Of a stretch of 64,000 nt of DNA, positions 32,538 to 44,973 are shown piece after piece. The translations under genes were made by a program, and so were the position numbers. Within the stretch, counting starts at the first letter, position 1. Each line of letters opens with the position of its first letter. The notes beneath the pieces were generated by a model. It saw nothing but the letters and a program-made list of their open reading frames with translations. It was not told where the DNA came from and did no database searches. This stretch comes from a virus (taxonomy: Duplodnaviria > Caudoviricetes): the IMG/VR virus record IMGVR_UViG_3300011008_000004, positions 1 to 64,000 of that record. One strand, written 5' to 3'.

Positions 32538-32583
32538 ATTATAAAACAAAAGCTGAGAAATGTCAACTAATTTTCTCAGCTTA
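32538..32583 (-). promoter_or_regulatory. terminator-promoter composite (TTGACA in hairpin loop, TATAAT 17 nt downstream)
   Basis: AAGCTGAGAAA/TTTCTCAGCTT flank TGTCAA. Confidence 0.75.
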
Positions 32584-32590
32584 AAATAAA

Positions 32591-34000
32591 TTATAGATTA
32601 TAATAATCTTTCAATGCATCTATATTGTCTAGTATCTTTTGAATCACTGGTTTAAATGCTTTCTTTATTTCTTCAAGATCTTGTAAATCTTGTTTAACTA
32701 TTTCTAAACAATCTACCATTTCATCTACATCTTTACAATCACATGAAGGATTTTCATATGTATCAATTCCAAATTTAAGATTACCTTCATTTGAATTCAT
32801 ACATAATGTATGATCTAACTTTTCTAAAGCTTCTAATCCTGTCATTACTTCATCTCCTTAGATTTTTTTTTTAGAATCTACATTAGACTCTGTTAACTTA
32901 AATAAATCTTTAGGACATGAACAATAGGTGCCATTATCTTTATTTATTACATACATTGCATTTTCCATTTCAAATATAGCTCTATTATTATCACTCATGA
33001 TTAACTTATATTCTTTACTTCTCGCTTCAAGCGGTAAACATAGTTCTATAAGATTCCCATTTTTAATATAATTTACTATAGGGTATACCAAACAAATACC
33101 TTGCATAAATCTATCAGTAATAATTACTTTATTATTATCATACGATAAGAACTTGTTTAATTTTCTCTGATCATCTAAATCAGATTCTAATTGTTCTATT
33201 CTACGTTTAAGTTCTCTAACTATTTTATTCATGTTTTTTCTCCTTATTTTTCTTAAGTTCTTCAACTATTCTATTCTTTTCTTCATCTGCATAACTTATT
33301 TGTTTCTTCCTTTGAAGATCTATAATATGTTTAAGTTGATCTGAACTTAATAAGTATAAATGTTCATACACTACACTTTCTCTCTTACTTCTATCAGGAT
33401 GACAACTACCAGCATAATAACATTGACACCCACAATCTTTTTCATTAGGGTATAAAGGATAACCACAAATAGGACATATAGCATTTGGATCTCTTTTAAC
33501 TTTATCTTTAGCCTTTTTTAATTCAGCTTTAGCTTTCTTTCTTACATCTTCATAAAAGTCACATTTAGTTCTGTCTCCGCCGCAGCTACAAGGATCACAT
33601 TCTCTAGTGCCATAACATTCAGTAACTTCTTCATCAATATAATCTTTCTTTATGCCATGTGCATAGTAGTAACCTTTTTCAAAATCATTTAAATAACGTC
33701 TCTCTTTTCTAACATGATAACTATCACACTTTTTCATTATTTAACCTCTATACCTAAATTTAATACAGCTCTCGCTATCGGAAATACACCGCAATCATAT
33801 AATAAAATTGTTGCTAAGTCTTTATCATACGTTACTTTATATCTAGTGATTTCATGACAAATAATTAAGTCATTTAAAAGACTATGCAACTTTTTCTTAC
33901 ATTCATCTAAATTAGAATTACTTGAACAAAACTCAGTCATTTTGTAAGCAACCTTTGTTGTATATACTATTTCAAAATCTCTATAAAGTTTATCATTCAT
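32591..34000 (-). CDS. four hypothetical proteins (33225-33737 Cys-rich)
   Basis: ORF track. Confidence 0.65.
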
Positions 34001-34430
34001 GATTCTTTTCTAAAAGTTTAACGTTATCAAATACATTACCTATAACTTTATAATCATTAAAAGACCAAGTTATAAAATTCATAAAGTTGTTTTTACATGT
34101 GTATAATCCATAGTTATCGTCATAAACTATATAGCCTATCTTTTTAGCACCTCTACCATATACATCGACATCTTCTACTTGATTCACAGTTACTTCTACG
34201 ATATCACCTTCAAATATTTCTACATCGTTTTCGTCTATAATTCCTGTAGACATTCCTACAGTATAAGGATCTACTTCATCAGCGTCTAAGCCATTGATAT
34301 AGCCTTCATCTAAATCATATGTAGTACCTTGCTTAGCTAAAACGTCATCACCTATTAAATAACCTTTAACCCATTTGCCTGTAGCTTTGGATTTACCTCT
34401 ATGTAAATTCTTATTCATAACATACCTCAT
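33993..34430 (-). CDS. YopX-family protein
   Basis: WVKGYL; TGIID.N.VEIFEGDIV; VIGNVFDN. Confidence 0.88.
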   Translation of the reverse strand: MRYVMNKNLHRGKSKATGKWVKGYLIGDDVLAKQGTTYDLDEGYINGLDADEVDPYTVGMSTGIIDENDVEIFEGDIVEVTVNQVEDVDVYGRGAKKIGYIVYDDNYGLYTCKNNFMNFITWSFNDYKVIGNVFDNVKLLEKNHE

Positions 34431-34447
34431 TATATATTTACAAATTT

Positions 34448-34492
34448 ATTGTAAAACAAAAGTGACCAAATGTCAACTAATTTTGGTCACTT
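34448..34492 (-). promoter_or_regulatory. terminator-promoter composite
   Basis: AAGTGACCAAA/TTTGGTCACTT flank TGTCAA; TACAAT at 17 nt. Confidence 0.75.
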
Positions 34493-34499
34493 AATCAAA

Positions 34500-37400
34500 T
34501 TATTTGTTCTCTTCATCTACTAAGTCTCTATAATCTATTTCTAAATTTTTATTAGCCCATCGACCAAATTGTGTCTTATAATAATTAGGGTGTTCTTTCA
34601 AAAATTCATTTAATTGATTATTATAATCTTCTTCATCTAAGAAATATCTATAAGTATTATCTGGCATTTCTCTTTCTATCATAACTATTTCATCGGAATC
34701 TACAAATTGAAATTTCCCTTCATCATCACAATCGTAGAATCTTTGACACCATTCTACTTCTATAGTTTCGCCATCCGTAGTTACGTGTATATCATTATAG
34801 TATCCGCACTCAGATTTACTTGCAAACATTAATAAACTGTTTATAAATTCTAAGTGAAGACCTTTCTTAACATCTTCTTTTCCAAAAAATTGTACATTAT
34901 AATTTCTATTCATTCTATCACCTTATTTGCTAATTCTAGAATATCATGAGCTACTTTAATCATTGGTTTAACTATTTGCCATTCAGCATCAGCTATATCT
35001 AAAATTCTAGTGTCAACACTAGTTATTTCACAGCAACCGTGTACATTGTCCCATGCAATGTCCATAATTACATAATAATTATTTTCACTAAAACTCGATA
35101 ACTTATCTATGCATAAGCCTTCTTTTTCACTTACTTCTTCATGATTAATTTTGGTTATAGTGCATAATCTATAATTATTAGATTCTACAAGTACTTTCAT
35201 TTACATACCTCAACGATCTTCTAGTAAATCACAAGCGTAATCAGACAAATTTGTTTTAGGATATATTTCAAGTGCGTAATAAAGAATTATTGGAAATCCT
35301 GGTATCTCTAATAAGATCCAGAGTATATTACCAGTGAACGCTGAAGGCAGCGCTAATGCAGTAATAACTGCTATGATTGGTAAACATAACGTTGCAAGTA
35401 AAATTAGAACTCCAAAACAAAATTTTAAAAATTTCATATGCTACACCCCTTATGCAATGAATAATCATGCGCATTTTTTATAAATTCAGCTACTTCAGGA
35501 AATTTATCTACTTCAAAGCTGAATGTTACAGTTGCAATGTTGCTATATAAACTACACTCATTAGTAACTGATTCAATATGATGTCTAATGAATTCTAAAA
35601 TCTTAAGATCTCTAAAGATTAATTCATCATAGTCTTTATTTCGTTTATATTTATATCCAACATTAACCAGTTTATCACTTGACTCAACTAACGATTTATA
35701 CGCTTCTAAGCCTGTCATTAGATACCTTCTTTTTTACGTAAATCTAAATACGCCGATGTAAGCCTCTTAATATGTTCCTGTGTTCCAGGATAAGGCTCGA
35801 TCTCATCTTCTCTCACAAACACTGGACAGTTTATGTCTTCTGCTTTTAGTTGACCACACTTATATGCACTATATGCACGATCAAATTCAAATAGTACACC
35901 ATATTTCTTTTTATCATATCTAATCTGGTCTACTGGAAGTCTCTTAACTATAACAGCTCTTCTAATAGGATCTTTAAGAATTACTTCATCATTTACATCG
36001 TATAAATAAGATAATTCTAAAATTGTTTCTTTCAATTTCTCAGTAGCTTTAATTTGCTTTTTTAATTGTTTTTTAATTTTCTTAGCATATTGATCGGCTG
36101 TTTCTTTATCTAAATATCTATTAACTATGAAATCAACCGTAGGCACGTCTGATTTAACTACGTTATATAGTTCATTAGAAATATTGTTACTAACTTCCAA
36201 ATCTATTTTCTTTATACGTTCACTCATCAATTATTCACCTTATCATATCTTGTATATTTTAACGTTAAGTCTGCGTCATTTAAATTAGACCAAACATAAT
36301 CTATAAATATATTCCAGTTATTTTGAACTTGTTCAAACATATCTATCTTCTTAGATATGTCTAACTCTACGCTGTGTCTATAAGTAACTGGTTCACTCAC
36401 TAATTTTTCAAGTTCTTTATGCGTTATTGACGTAGGCCAGTCTGTTAAAACAATCTCACATTCACATCTAGACCAGAAATAGTATCTTAAAACTGTTTCT
36501 AATCTCTTAGCAAATACTTCATCTTTAAACTTATTGTTAAATCCACCAGCTTTCATACAAGTCTCTGGATTAAATTCTACGTTCATACCATTTTTATTAT
36601 AGGCATAGAACCAAGTTTCATTGAATTTTTTATAACCTTTTTTATATTCTTTACGAAGTTCAACTAGTTCTTCTCTTATAAAATCATAATCAAGAATATT
36701 TACTAACTCAATTTTATTGCTTGAACTTCTATGATACACATTAAAAATTAGTTCTTTCTTCATTCACTATATTCCTTAACTTTTTGCTCACAACTCCAGC
36801 ACATCATTGAGCCTCTATAAGTTTCGTCCATAGGTTCACCACACACTACACATACAGGTCCATTAGATGAAATCTTAGATACGTTATAAGCTGGTTTTGT
36901 CTCTATAGGTTCTACTAAATCATCTATGACAGCGATAACTATACCTACTTCATCTGTACAGTCTCTAAAACCGTCTATAGCTGGACAGATAGAAATTACT
37001 TCATTATCTCTATATGGACATTTCTCTACCTCAGGATGTACTTTGAAATATTCTTCTTCACCAGGACCTATAGCTATTTGCCAATCCATTCCCTTCCAAA
37101 GCAAATCCCACTCCCAAATCATGACTTTATCATCTTCTGGATCTGGAACTTTATGTTTATTATATAAATAAACCACATCGTTATGACTTACATATTTCTC
37201 TACAAATTCTACTAATTTCATCTTCACTCCTATAGCTTAAATAGAACAATTCCTGCTAAAAGTCCAATTAAAAAGCAAATCGCTGTTATTAACCAGTTCA
37301 TATCTCTTTACTCCTCACTTTTATATAGTATAGTCTTTAAATTCCTTGATTGTTTCTACGTTTGCGCTAATCATGCCATCATCTCTAACTTCATGTAAGA

Positions 37401-39230
37401 CAATATCACCATCTTTATTAACACAAACAACTACATCCCACATATCATTGCCGTATTCATTTCTTGCGCACAAAAGGACAAGCTTATTTTCTTTAATGGC
37501 TGCGATATTAGCAACAAGTAATTCACCTAAAACTTTTACAGCAGGGTTTTCATAGTTAGTACAGAACTTAATACCTGTAGCATATTCTGAATTAGAGTAT
37601 TCTGCTTCGTTCCTATATCTATTACCCCAAAGAACATCATCATAAAGTTCTTCGTTATTAGCTTCTTCAAAATCAATAATATCCCAATAATTTGCTACGC
37701 GTTCTCCATACCCTTTAGCTAAGATAAGATTATTTTCATCACCTGTAAAAATCTCATCTAAATATCTTTTAATTTCTTTTTTATCTAGTTTCATTAGTCG
37801 CAATCCTCTTCATTAGTTACTAATTCGAACTTCATTTCGTCAACATAATCATACCAGATAGATTCTTTACCAGGTTCGCAGCCATAATTTACTAAACCTA
37901 CTAAATATCTATCTCCTACTTTAATCATATTCACGAAATAATAGTAATTGCATTCTTCATCTTCATGATCTTTAAACCAAACTCTAAATAAGTCGGTATC
38001 TTTTACACAATTACTAAACCACGCTTCTATATCACCACAGAAGTTTTTACTTCTTTCATAAAAATCTTTATTTGTCATATAAAATCTCCTAAAGAATTAT
38101 ACAGATTTACTCTGTTCAGAAACAATATAATCATATAATTTTTCAGGAGATGATATGTCATAAAAGACTTCTTCATCATTTATAAATTCACTTATGCATT
38201 TATTAGATCCAGGTTCTCTACCAAAATCTCTTTCATACATAAAGTAACCTATAATGTCTCCACCATCAAATACATCATCAATTCTGTAATCAATTTTCAT
38301 GAGATCGCATAGCATCTTTCTCATCTTCTCAATAACATCTGTGAAGATAAAAATGCTATTAACATTTTGTGCACCAAAACACTTCGAGAGGTCCTTATTG
38401 AACTTTCGCTCCTTCTTAATTAGATTGTCTATATAATTTATATACTCTACAAATCTATCCTTAGAAATCATTGTTTTACATTCCTTATATATTACTTCAA
38501 CCAAGCGTCTCCAATGCTATTAAGATACTCTTTATCAAAATTCTTTTCTATAAAGTCATATCTATCGATGTCAGGAATTACTTTCTCTTCAATTAAAAAA
38601 GCAACATAATCTTCATAATTCATACAATCTATAATTGTCTTATTAGTTACGTCAAATTCTTTAGCAGTTTCGTCTATAGCTTTTGATACACTTTTAAGTT
38701 CTTTCTTATTTCTTTCAATAGCATCTCTATACTTATTCTCTAATTCAATTTCCTTTAAAACATCCATAATTGTGACACCTCAAAATTATTTTTATAAAGA
38801 TATTATACACTAATAGCGTTAAAAAGTCAACTATAAAATAAAAGCTACTCTTCATTGAGTAGCTTCTTTAGTAAATTTCTAGTTGGTCTTCATAGTACCA
38901 AACTACTTTTAAATATTTTAAATTATCAACTTTCTTATACTGATGTGTTACAGCATATACAAACTTATCTTTATATTTAAGCTTGTCTATTATAACACCT
39001 GTAGATTTTGAACCTTCAATTTTTACTTTAGTATTTATTTGAAAACTAAACAGATTCTTATATTTCAATAAATTTGTGTATCTTATATAATCTTCGCATG
39101 TCCTAATATCTTTGTCTATATCTATTTGAATTTTTAACAAGCCTTTTGGATATAAGCTACAAATATACACTATAAATAATATTGTAAGCATAGTCCAAGC
39201 GATTATTTGAACTATCATATCAAAACTCAT
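34500..39230 (-). CDS. run of about 12 small hypothetical proteins
   Basis: ORF track; promoter at 38802-38830. Confidence 0.65.
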
Positions 39231-39694
39231 ACTTTCTCCACAATGTAAATGTCTTTATGATACATTTCAGATAAGTCTTTTAGATATTCTTCTACAAATT
39301 CCCAATTACCATGAGCTAATCCACATCCTATATTTTTAGGAACATATATCTTATTATCGCTACAAGAATACATATCTACTATATCACACAAACCCTTAAA
39401 TAACGCAGCGTAATTAGTGTATCGTTTATCTTCACGTCCATAATTAAATTGGCCATAAACATTAGCGATTATAATATCTTTACTAGGACTATAGTAACAT
39501 ACTCTACCTAAACAATTAAATCGTGCAGAATAAGTGTGAGTATTTAAAAAAGTTTTATACTCATCAAAAACTTTAGGCCATTTATCTCTAATAGCTTTAG
39601 CAAGCCCACTCCCCATCACAGATTGGCAATTCACTTGTTGACAAATTATTCCAGACTCTATTTCAGTTATATCACCTTGAATATATTTTAACAT
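39227..39694 (-). CDS. macrodomain (ADP-ribose processing) protein
   Basis: GDIT, QQVNC..VMGSGLAKAI, IGCGLAHG.W. Confidence 0.9.
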   Translation of the reverse strand: MLKYIQGDITEIESGIICQQVNCQSVMGSGLAKAIRDKWPKVFDEYKTFLNTHTYSARFNCLGRVCYYSPSKDIIIANVYGQFNYGREDKRYTNYAALFKGLCDIVDMYSCSDNKIYVPKNIGCGLAHGNWEFVEEYLKDLSEMYHKDIYIVEKV

Positions 39695-40182
39695 TATTTC
39701 ACCTCAGATTTCTTGTAATCTTCACCAGTACAATCTTTATAGGCTTTCTTAAGAACTTTTGTAAATTGGTAATGCTCTATAGGATCTTTAACTAAAGATG
39801 TTAAGACATAATTCACTAAATCATACATACAATCTTTCTTATATCTTTGTCTATATTCAATTGGAAAATCATTTATTGCTTCAGTATATCTAGCTTCTTC
39901 TACACTCTGATATTCTGAATAATTTTCACAATCATCACAAGGAGCATATTCCTTAAATCTTTCACCGTAATCTATAGTGTAGACACAAGTTTCGCATTTA
40001 TTCATTACCAATGTCCTCTTCTTTGCACAATAGTTTAAGTAGAATTAATGACAGCATAGATTCATCTTGTTCCTTAAAACAGTACTCTTGATCTTCTGCT
40101 GTGATTTTAACTCTAGTAGGAAGTTTATATGTTTTACCATTTACTTTAATTCTAGAGACTACTTCATCTTTATACATGAATA

Positions 40183-40623
40183 TCAACCTCTAAGAATTTT
40201 ATTAACTAACCCAGCAATCTTACTCTTATCAAAAGAATTACCGACTTCTTTTATAGTTGCTCCTATAATCTTTCCTTGATTAGATTCTCCTGAATCTACA
40301 ATCTTTTTAATAATGGTGATAACTTCATCTTCAGACAATTCTTTAGGAAGATATTGAGACAACTCTTTTACTTGATTCTCTAAAACTATAAATTGTTCTT
40401 GTTCAGGTTTATAATAAGATTGAGTTTCCTTTAACTCTTTAATTATTTTAATAATTAAACCTTGAACTGCATCATCAGGAAGTTCTTTCATAGTTACAGG
40501 ATACTTACCTGATTTTTCTTCATTTATCATTCTTGCAACTACTTGTTCATAAGTAGCCTTTAATTCTTTATTTTGAGCTTTTCTTGCGTCTATAAATTTG
40601 TTTTTAATTTCTGTTGCTAACAT
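40183..40623 (-). CDS. GatB/YqeY-domain protein
   Basis: YLPKELSEDEV, GKIIG motifs. Confidence 0.8.
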   Translation of the reverse strand: MLATEIKNKFIDARKAQNKELKATYEQVVARMINEEKSGKYPVTMKELPDDAVQGLIIKIIKELKETQSYYKPEQEQFIVLENQVKELSQYLPKELSEDEVITIIKKIVDSGESNQGKIIGATIKEVGNSFDKSKIAGLVNKILRG

Positions 40624-40642
40624 ATCACACCTCTATTATAAT

Positions 40643-41059
40643 CTATATACAATACGTATGATATAACTTAGTTAGTTTACTATACTGCTTTTCACTAAAA
40701 TCTTTTTGTCCACGTCTATACTTTTCTAGTAAATTATGATAGCATATTGCTAAATATTCTGCATTATGTTCGTCATATTTAAGTGGTTCGTCATCTTCAT
40801 GAGTATAAACACCCGACATCAAAAAATTTGAAAAATAATTTCTATAATTATCCCAAGACTTTATAGAGATGCCCCTATTAACCATCTCTACTAAAACTTT
40901 ATTAGAGTAATAATATAAGTAATCTTTTGGATACTTATAAATATAGTTTATCAAAATATGTTTATCTTGTTTCTTAAAAATAGAATTTAATTCTCGCCAT
41001 TGTGCTAATAGCTGACTTTTAGGTAAATATGGAATTAAATCTATGTGCCATAATCTCAT
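40643..41059 (-). CDS. pyrimidine-dimer DNA glycosylase (DenV-like)
   Basis: MRLWH..LIP.LP..QLLAQWRE. Confidence 0.85.
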   Translation of the reverse strand: MRLWHIDLIPYLPKSQLLAQWRELNSIFKKQDKHILINYIYKYPKDYLYYYSNKVLVEMVNRGISIKSWDNYRNYFSNFLMSGVYTHEDDEPLKYDEHNAEYLAICYHNLLEKYRRGQKDFSEKQYSKLTKLYHTYCI

Positions 41060-41212
41060 AGTAAATCTCCTTAATATAATTTACAATAATATTATAAATC
41101 ATTTAACTTAAAACGTCAACTAATTTATAACTACGCATAAAATAACGCATGTCAACATAGTCAACACGCGTTATTTTAATTATAAAGAAAAATAAATTAT
41201 ATTAAGTAAACT

Positions 41213-41488
41213 TTATTTTAATATTTTATCTATGCACTCTTGAATAAATGTGCAGTAGTCATCCCACTCTTCAATCGGTAATACGCCCATAGCTTGTTTT
41301 CTTAAAATAGATAATTCTTTAGACAGCGATATTTTTTCACGAATCAACTGTTCAATCTTTCTATCGTCATCAACTCTATCATTAAGTAACTTCATATCTT
41401 CACCTAAAGATATCAGTGAATCTATTGCGTCTATTTCTTGTGCATTAAATCCAAATCTATTTAATTTATTACGTAAAATTGATTTCAT
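41213..41488 (-). CDS. hypothetical protein directly downstream of DGR RT
   Basis: ORF track. Confidence 0.65.
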   Translation of the reverse strand: MKSILRNKLNRFGFNAQEIDAIDSLISLGEDMKLLNDRVDDDRKIEQLIREKISLSKELSILRKQAMGVLPIEEWDDYCTFIQECIDKILK

Positions 41489-41490
41489 AT

Positions 41491-42525
41491 TTACTATTCC
41501 TTAATTATTTTATATTTTAATAAACTATAATATAGCTCATTTAATAATTTTATTTTCTATAAATTATCTGCTCTTGCTAAATAAGTTCTATAGCAAGTAT
41601 AACTGGTTGTGAACTCATTAATAGACTACTTAAAAATCTTTTTCTTAAGTTTTCTTCGTAACTTTTTCAGATACTAAGTTGTAGCTATCTAATAAACTTT
41701 ACCTTTATCATTTAATAAAAATTTAAAACCTAAAAATGTGACTCCCTTATATAGATGTGTGTAACTTGTTTTATCTTTATTTATCTATAAATCAACATCA
41801 TTAAGTTGCTAAGCTATCTTATCTATGTATGTCTAAGGCGAGCTATTAACAATCAATATCATATCATCCATATATCTAATATAAAACTTAACCTTTAAAG
41901 TTTCTTTTATATAATGATCAAGTTTATCTAAATATATCAAACCTAAAATCTAAACCAGCTATGATCCTGCGTTATAACCTATAGCATTATCATTATCGTA
42001 AACTTTTAATATATCATGAACTTTTGAAAAATATTCATCTTGTAATTTCTGTTTAAACAATGCTTCGCTTCTATTATGTCTTATGTTATTATAATACTTT
42101 TTAACGTCTATATGAATTAAATAACCTTTATTATCTCTATAAATTTCATAATACTGCCTTAAAAATTTCTTTAGAGATTGTCTAGCATAATCTGTGCCTT
42201 TATGTTTCTAACAAGCACAATTATAAGTTATTAAAGATCTAGTCATTGTTGGATATATCACTAAATCATTTAATAGTCTCTAATATATTCTATCTCTAAA
42301 TGATATTGCAAGTACTTCTCGTTCTTTTGGATCATGTATTTTAAATTTTTTATGTTTACGCTCTACATATGTATTACTATTTATTTCAGAATATAACTTA
42401 TATGTTTCTTCTAATTGATTTAAAACGTAATGCTAAACTGTTTTCTTCCATTTTACACCGTGAGAACATTTATTGCAACTATCATACAAATTATTAAAAG
42501 TATAAATATTATTAATATCTTTCAT
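41491..42525 (-). CDS. DGR reverse transcriptase (344 aa, 13 in-frame TAG read as Gln)
   Basis: PKER..FRDRIY(Q)R, CAC(Q)KHKGT, DVKKYY, GS(Q)LV(Q), YIRYMDD, FLGF; missed entirely by code-11 ORF calling. Confidence 0.93.
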
Positions 42526-42692
42526 TGCAGATCAATAAGTATGTAACAATTATGTAACTAATCTTACGTGCAGAATTAATTATCTCACTATAAGACTAGT
42601 TACCTTGTTACACTTTGTTATTAAGAGAGTTAAGCTCCTTTTATGAAAACACAATATAACGTCACTATGTGATGTATCTTTTTATGCTCTAG

Positions 42693-42798
42693 TAAAATCG
42701 GAGAAACGCCATTACTATTGTATGCGTTGTTGTTGTTGAGGTTACCTGAAGTATTCAGATTCCACACATTGTTAGAATTACTACGATTAGGCGATCTA
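42693..42798 (-). repeat. DGR template repeat (TR)
   Basis: AAC/AAT-rich; differs from VR only at adenines apart from one codon indel. Confidence 0.95.
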
Positions 42799-42831
42799 CA
42801 GCGACACTCTCTATATTAGACTATTCAAAAT

Positions 42832-43247
42832 TTAATTATTTTGAATACGCTTAATATCACTATTAATCCACTTTAATGGTGTTTCTTTGATATTTAAAAC
42901 ATGACCAACAACATATTCTACACGATTACTCTTAGATGAAAAGCTTTCATGGCAATGTCCCATATAGACAAGAAATCTATGCAATTTTGTATCGCTAATC
43001 TCTATAATCTATATCGTTCATCTTTATTTTTATCATCTAATTTAGTGTTATTCGCTTTCCATAAATTAGTATGAATATCTATTGCTAACTAATTCAATCT
43101 ATCAGTTATAGACGTTTGAAATATTGGCAAAAATATTCTCTAATTCTTTGTTATCTTTAAAATATAAATAGCGAATGACTATGATTCCATAAATAAGTCT
43201 AATGTATTATCACTATTTTTATTACGTTTCCAAGCAGGTACTGACAT
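42832..43247 (-). CDS. avd: DGR accessory Avd-like protein (code 15) with apparent -1 frameshift near 42932
   Basis: MSVPAWKR..AN..R...(Q)..A..DIA..FHL; C-terminal RVEY..W.NSD.KR lies in the -1 frame; sits between VR and TR. Confidence 0.75.
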
Positions 43248-43259
43248 ATCACCTCTTAA

Positions 43260-43283
43260 TGTAATGCAAATGGTTGCATTACA
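43260..43283. promoter_or_regulatory. DGR target-recognition hairpin downstream of VR
   Basis: TGTAATGCAA-4nt-TTGCATTACA, 13 nt past target stop. Confidence 0.8.
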
Positions 43284-43296
43284 ATTAGTTAATTAT

Positions 43297-44940
43297 TTAA
43301 ATTGTAAAAAGCGGAGAAACGCCATAACTATAGTAAGCGCCGAAGTAGGTGCTGAGGGAACCTGAAGTAAGCAGACACCACACAAAGTGAGAACGACTAC
43401 GAGAAGGCGATCTAGTCCAAACATATTGATTAGACGTTTTAGCTGTAACTGACTACATTACACGATTACTATTTGCATCATTTTTTACAACACCACCATT
43501 TTTCCATAACCAATAATCTGTTACAGTGCCTTCATAGCTATTCACTGAACCCGCAAGTTCAGTGCCACTTGGTAGAGTAAATTGACAATATAATTTATTG
43601 TTAGGTAATTCATAGCCACTTCTATTATAAACGCCATAAGCTACATTATCTTCAATACAAGCCAAATCTTCTGATTTCCACCAGTCTTTAAAACCATGCT
43701 TATTTACGTATGAAGTAGCTAATACGTCGCCTACGTGAGAAGATGAAAACCAATCTAAACCAGAACCATTTAACCATTTATATAAATTACTATCTTCAAT
43801 TATATTTGAACCGTATCTCATTAGATTCATAGTTGAAGTGATACCTGAACCTGGAGCAAATGAGTGTTTAAATACGTATTTGCCCTCATTCGTATCTTCC
43901 CAAGTCTGTATACTATCACCAACTTGATAATCTTCACCTTTAGTTAAAGCCGTAAAACTTTGGTCACCTAAAACTTTATTAGTGCCATAATAGTAATATA
44001 AACTATCTTCAAATAATCCTGTCGCTTTTTCTTGTTCCCTTTCATCACACACTTTTGACACCAATGTGTAAGCTGACTGAATTAATGCACCAGTAAACGT
44101 AACATCTTCACCATCGACTTTTTTAATCATGTTGTCAGATACGTCTAAAACTCTAAACGGCATAGTGTAAGAAGTATTAGTATCTGGATCAGTTAATTCA
44201 CAGTCAAATGTAAATGAGTTGTTTTCATTACTTACTAACGCTTCTCTTTTCTACTCTAAAGTTATAGAATCTAAAGCTAAAAATTCTTTTACAGATTGAA
44301 TTGTCGTTATGCTAGATGTGTTATCATAAGTTACACTAACTGTAACATTGTCTGACAACGTACCCTACATATTGATCGCATGTGGATAAAAACAAACAAC
44401 ACTATCTAAAGTTATAGGTGAAGGACATACTACTTTATAAATCTAATTCAATGGTAGTGAGAAATTTATAGGCGCATTAGATGAAGTGCCTACAGCTATT
44501 TGATTATCATTATCATCTAAAATAGTAATGGTTACATCTGTTAATGGTGTTACTACTGAATCAATTAAAGTAGCTAATGACACAGAAAGTGTTCTCTTAG
44601 TTTCGCTTTTTACGTAATCTACAACAGCCTTACTAGTGGGCGTGTTATCATCTGTAGCGTTATCATCGATTTCTACATCAAATAGCTGTGTTGATGCATA
44701 CACTTTACCGCTCTATTCATATATTGTTTTAATATAGCATCCATCTAACCCAACTAAATCTACATTCAAATTGTTTATAGCTGCCTATCTATTTTGCGCT
44801 TCAACTGCACACACATTAATCATTGAACTATCGTCAGTTTTAATGTATAACTCACCTGTTTGCAAATTAACCACAGGTTGACCTATAGCTGAAGCATCAG
44901 CCGGTGTAGGTACACCTCTTTTTCTTCTAAGTTGTAACAT
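43297..44940 (-). CDS. DGR target: tail-fibre/receptor-binding protein (547 aa, 6 TAG) with C-terminal CLec-like variable domain
   Basis: track ORFs 44443 and 43453 join in frame via TAG; ends WTRSP...GVSPLFTI. Confidence 0.9.
43306..43414 (-). repeat. DGR variable repeat (VR)
   Basis: aligns to TR with 23 A-to-N substitutions and one extra codon. Confidence 0.95.
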
Positions 44941-44973
44941 TTATAATCAAACTCCTTAATTTTTAAAACTAAT

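Larger units (their letters stand above)
41491..44940 (-). mobile_element. diversity-generating retroelement (target-VR, hairpin, avd, TR, RT)
   Basis: all canonical components in canonical order. Confidence 0.93.
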
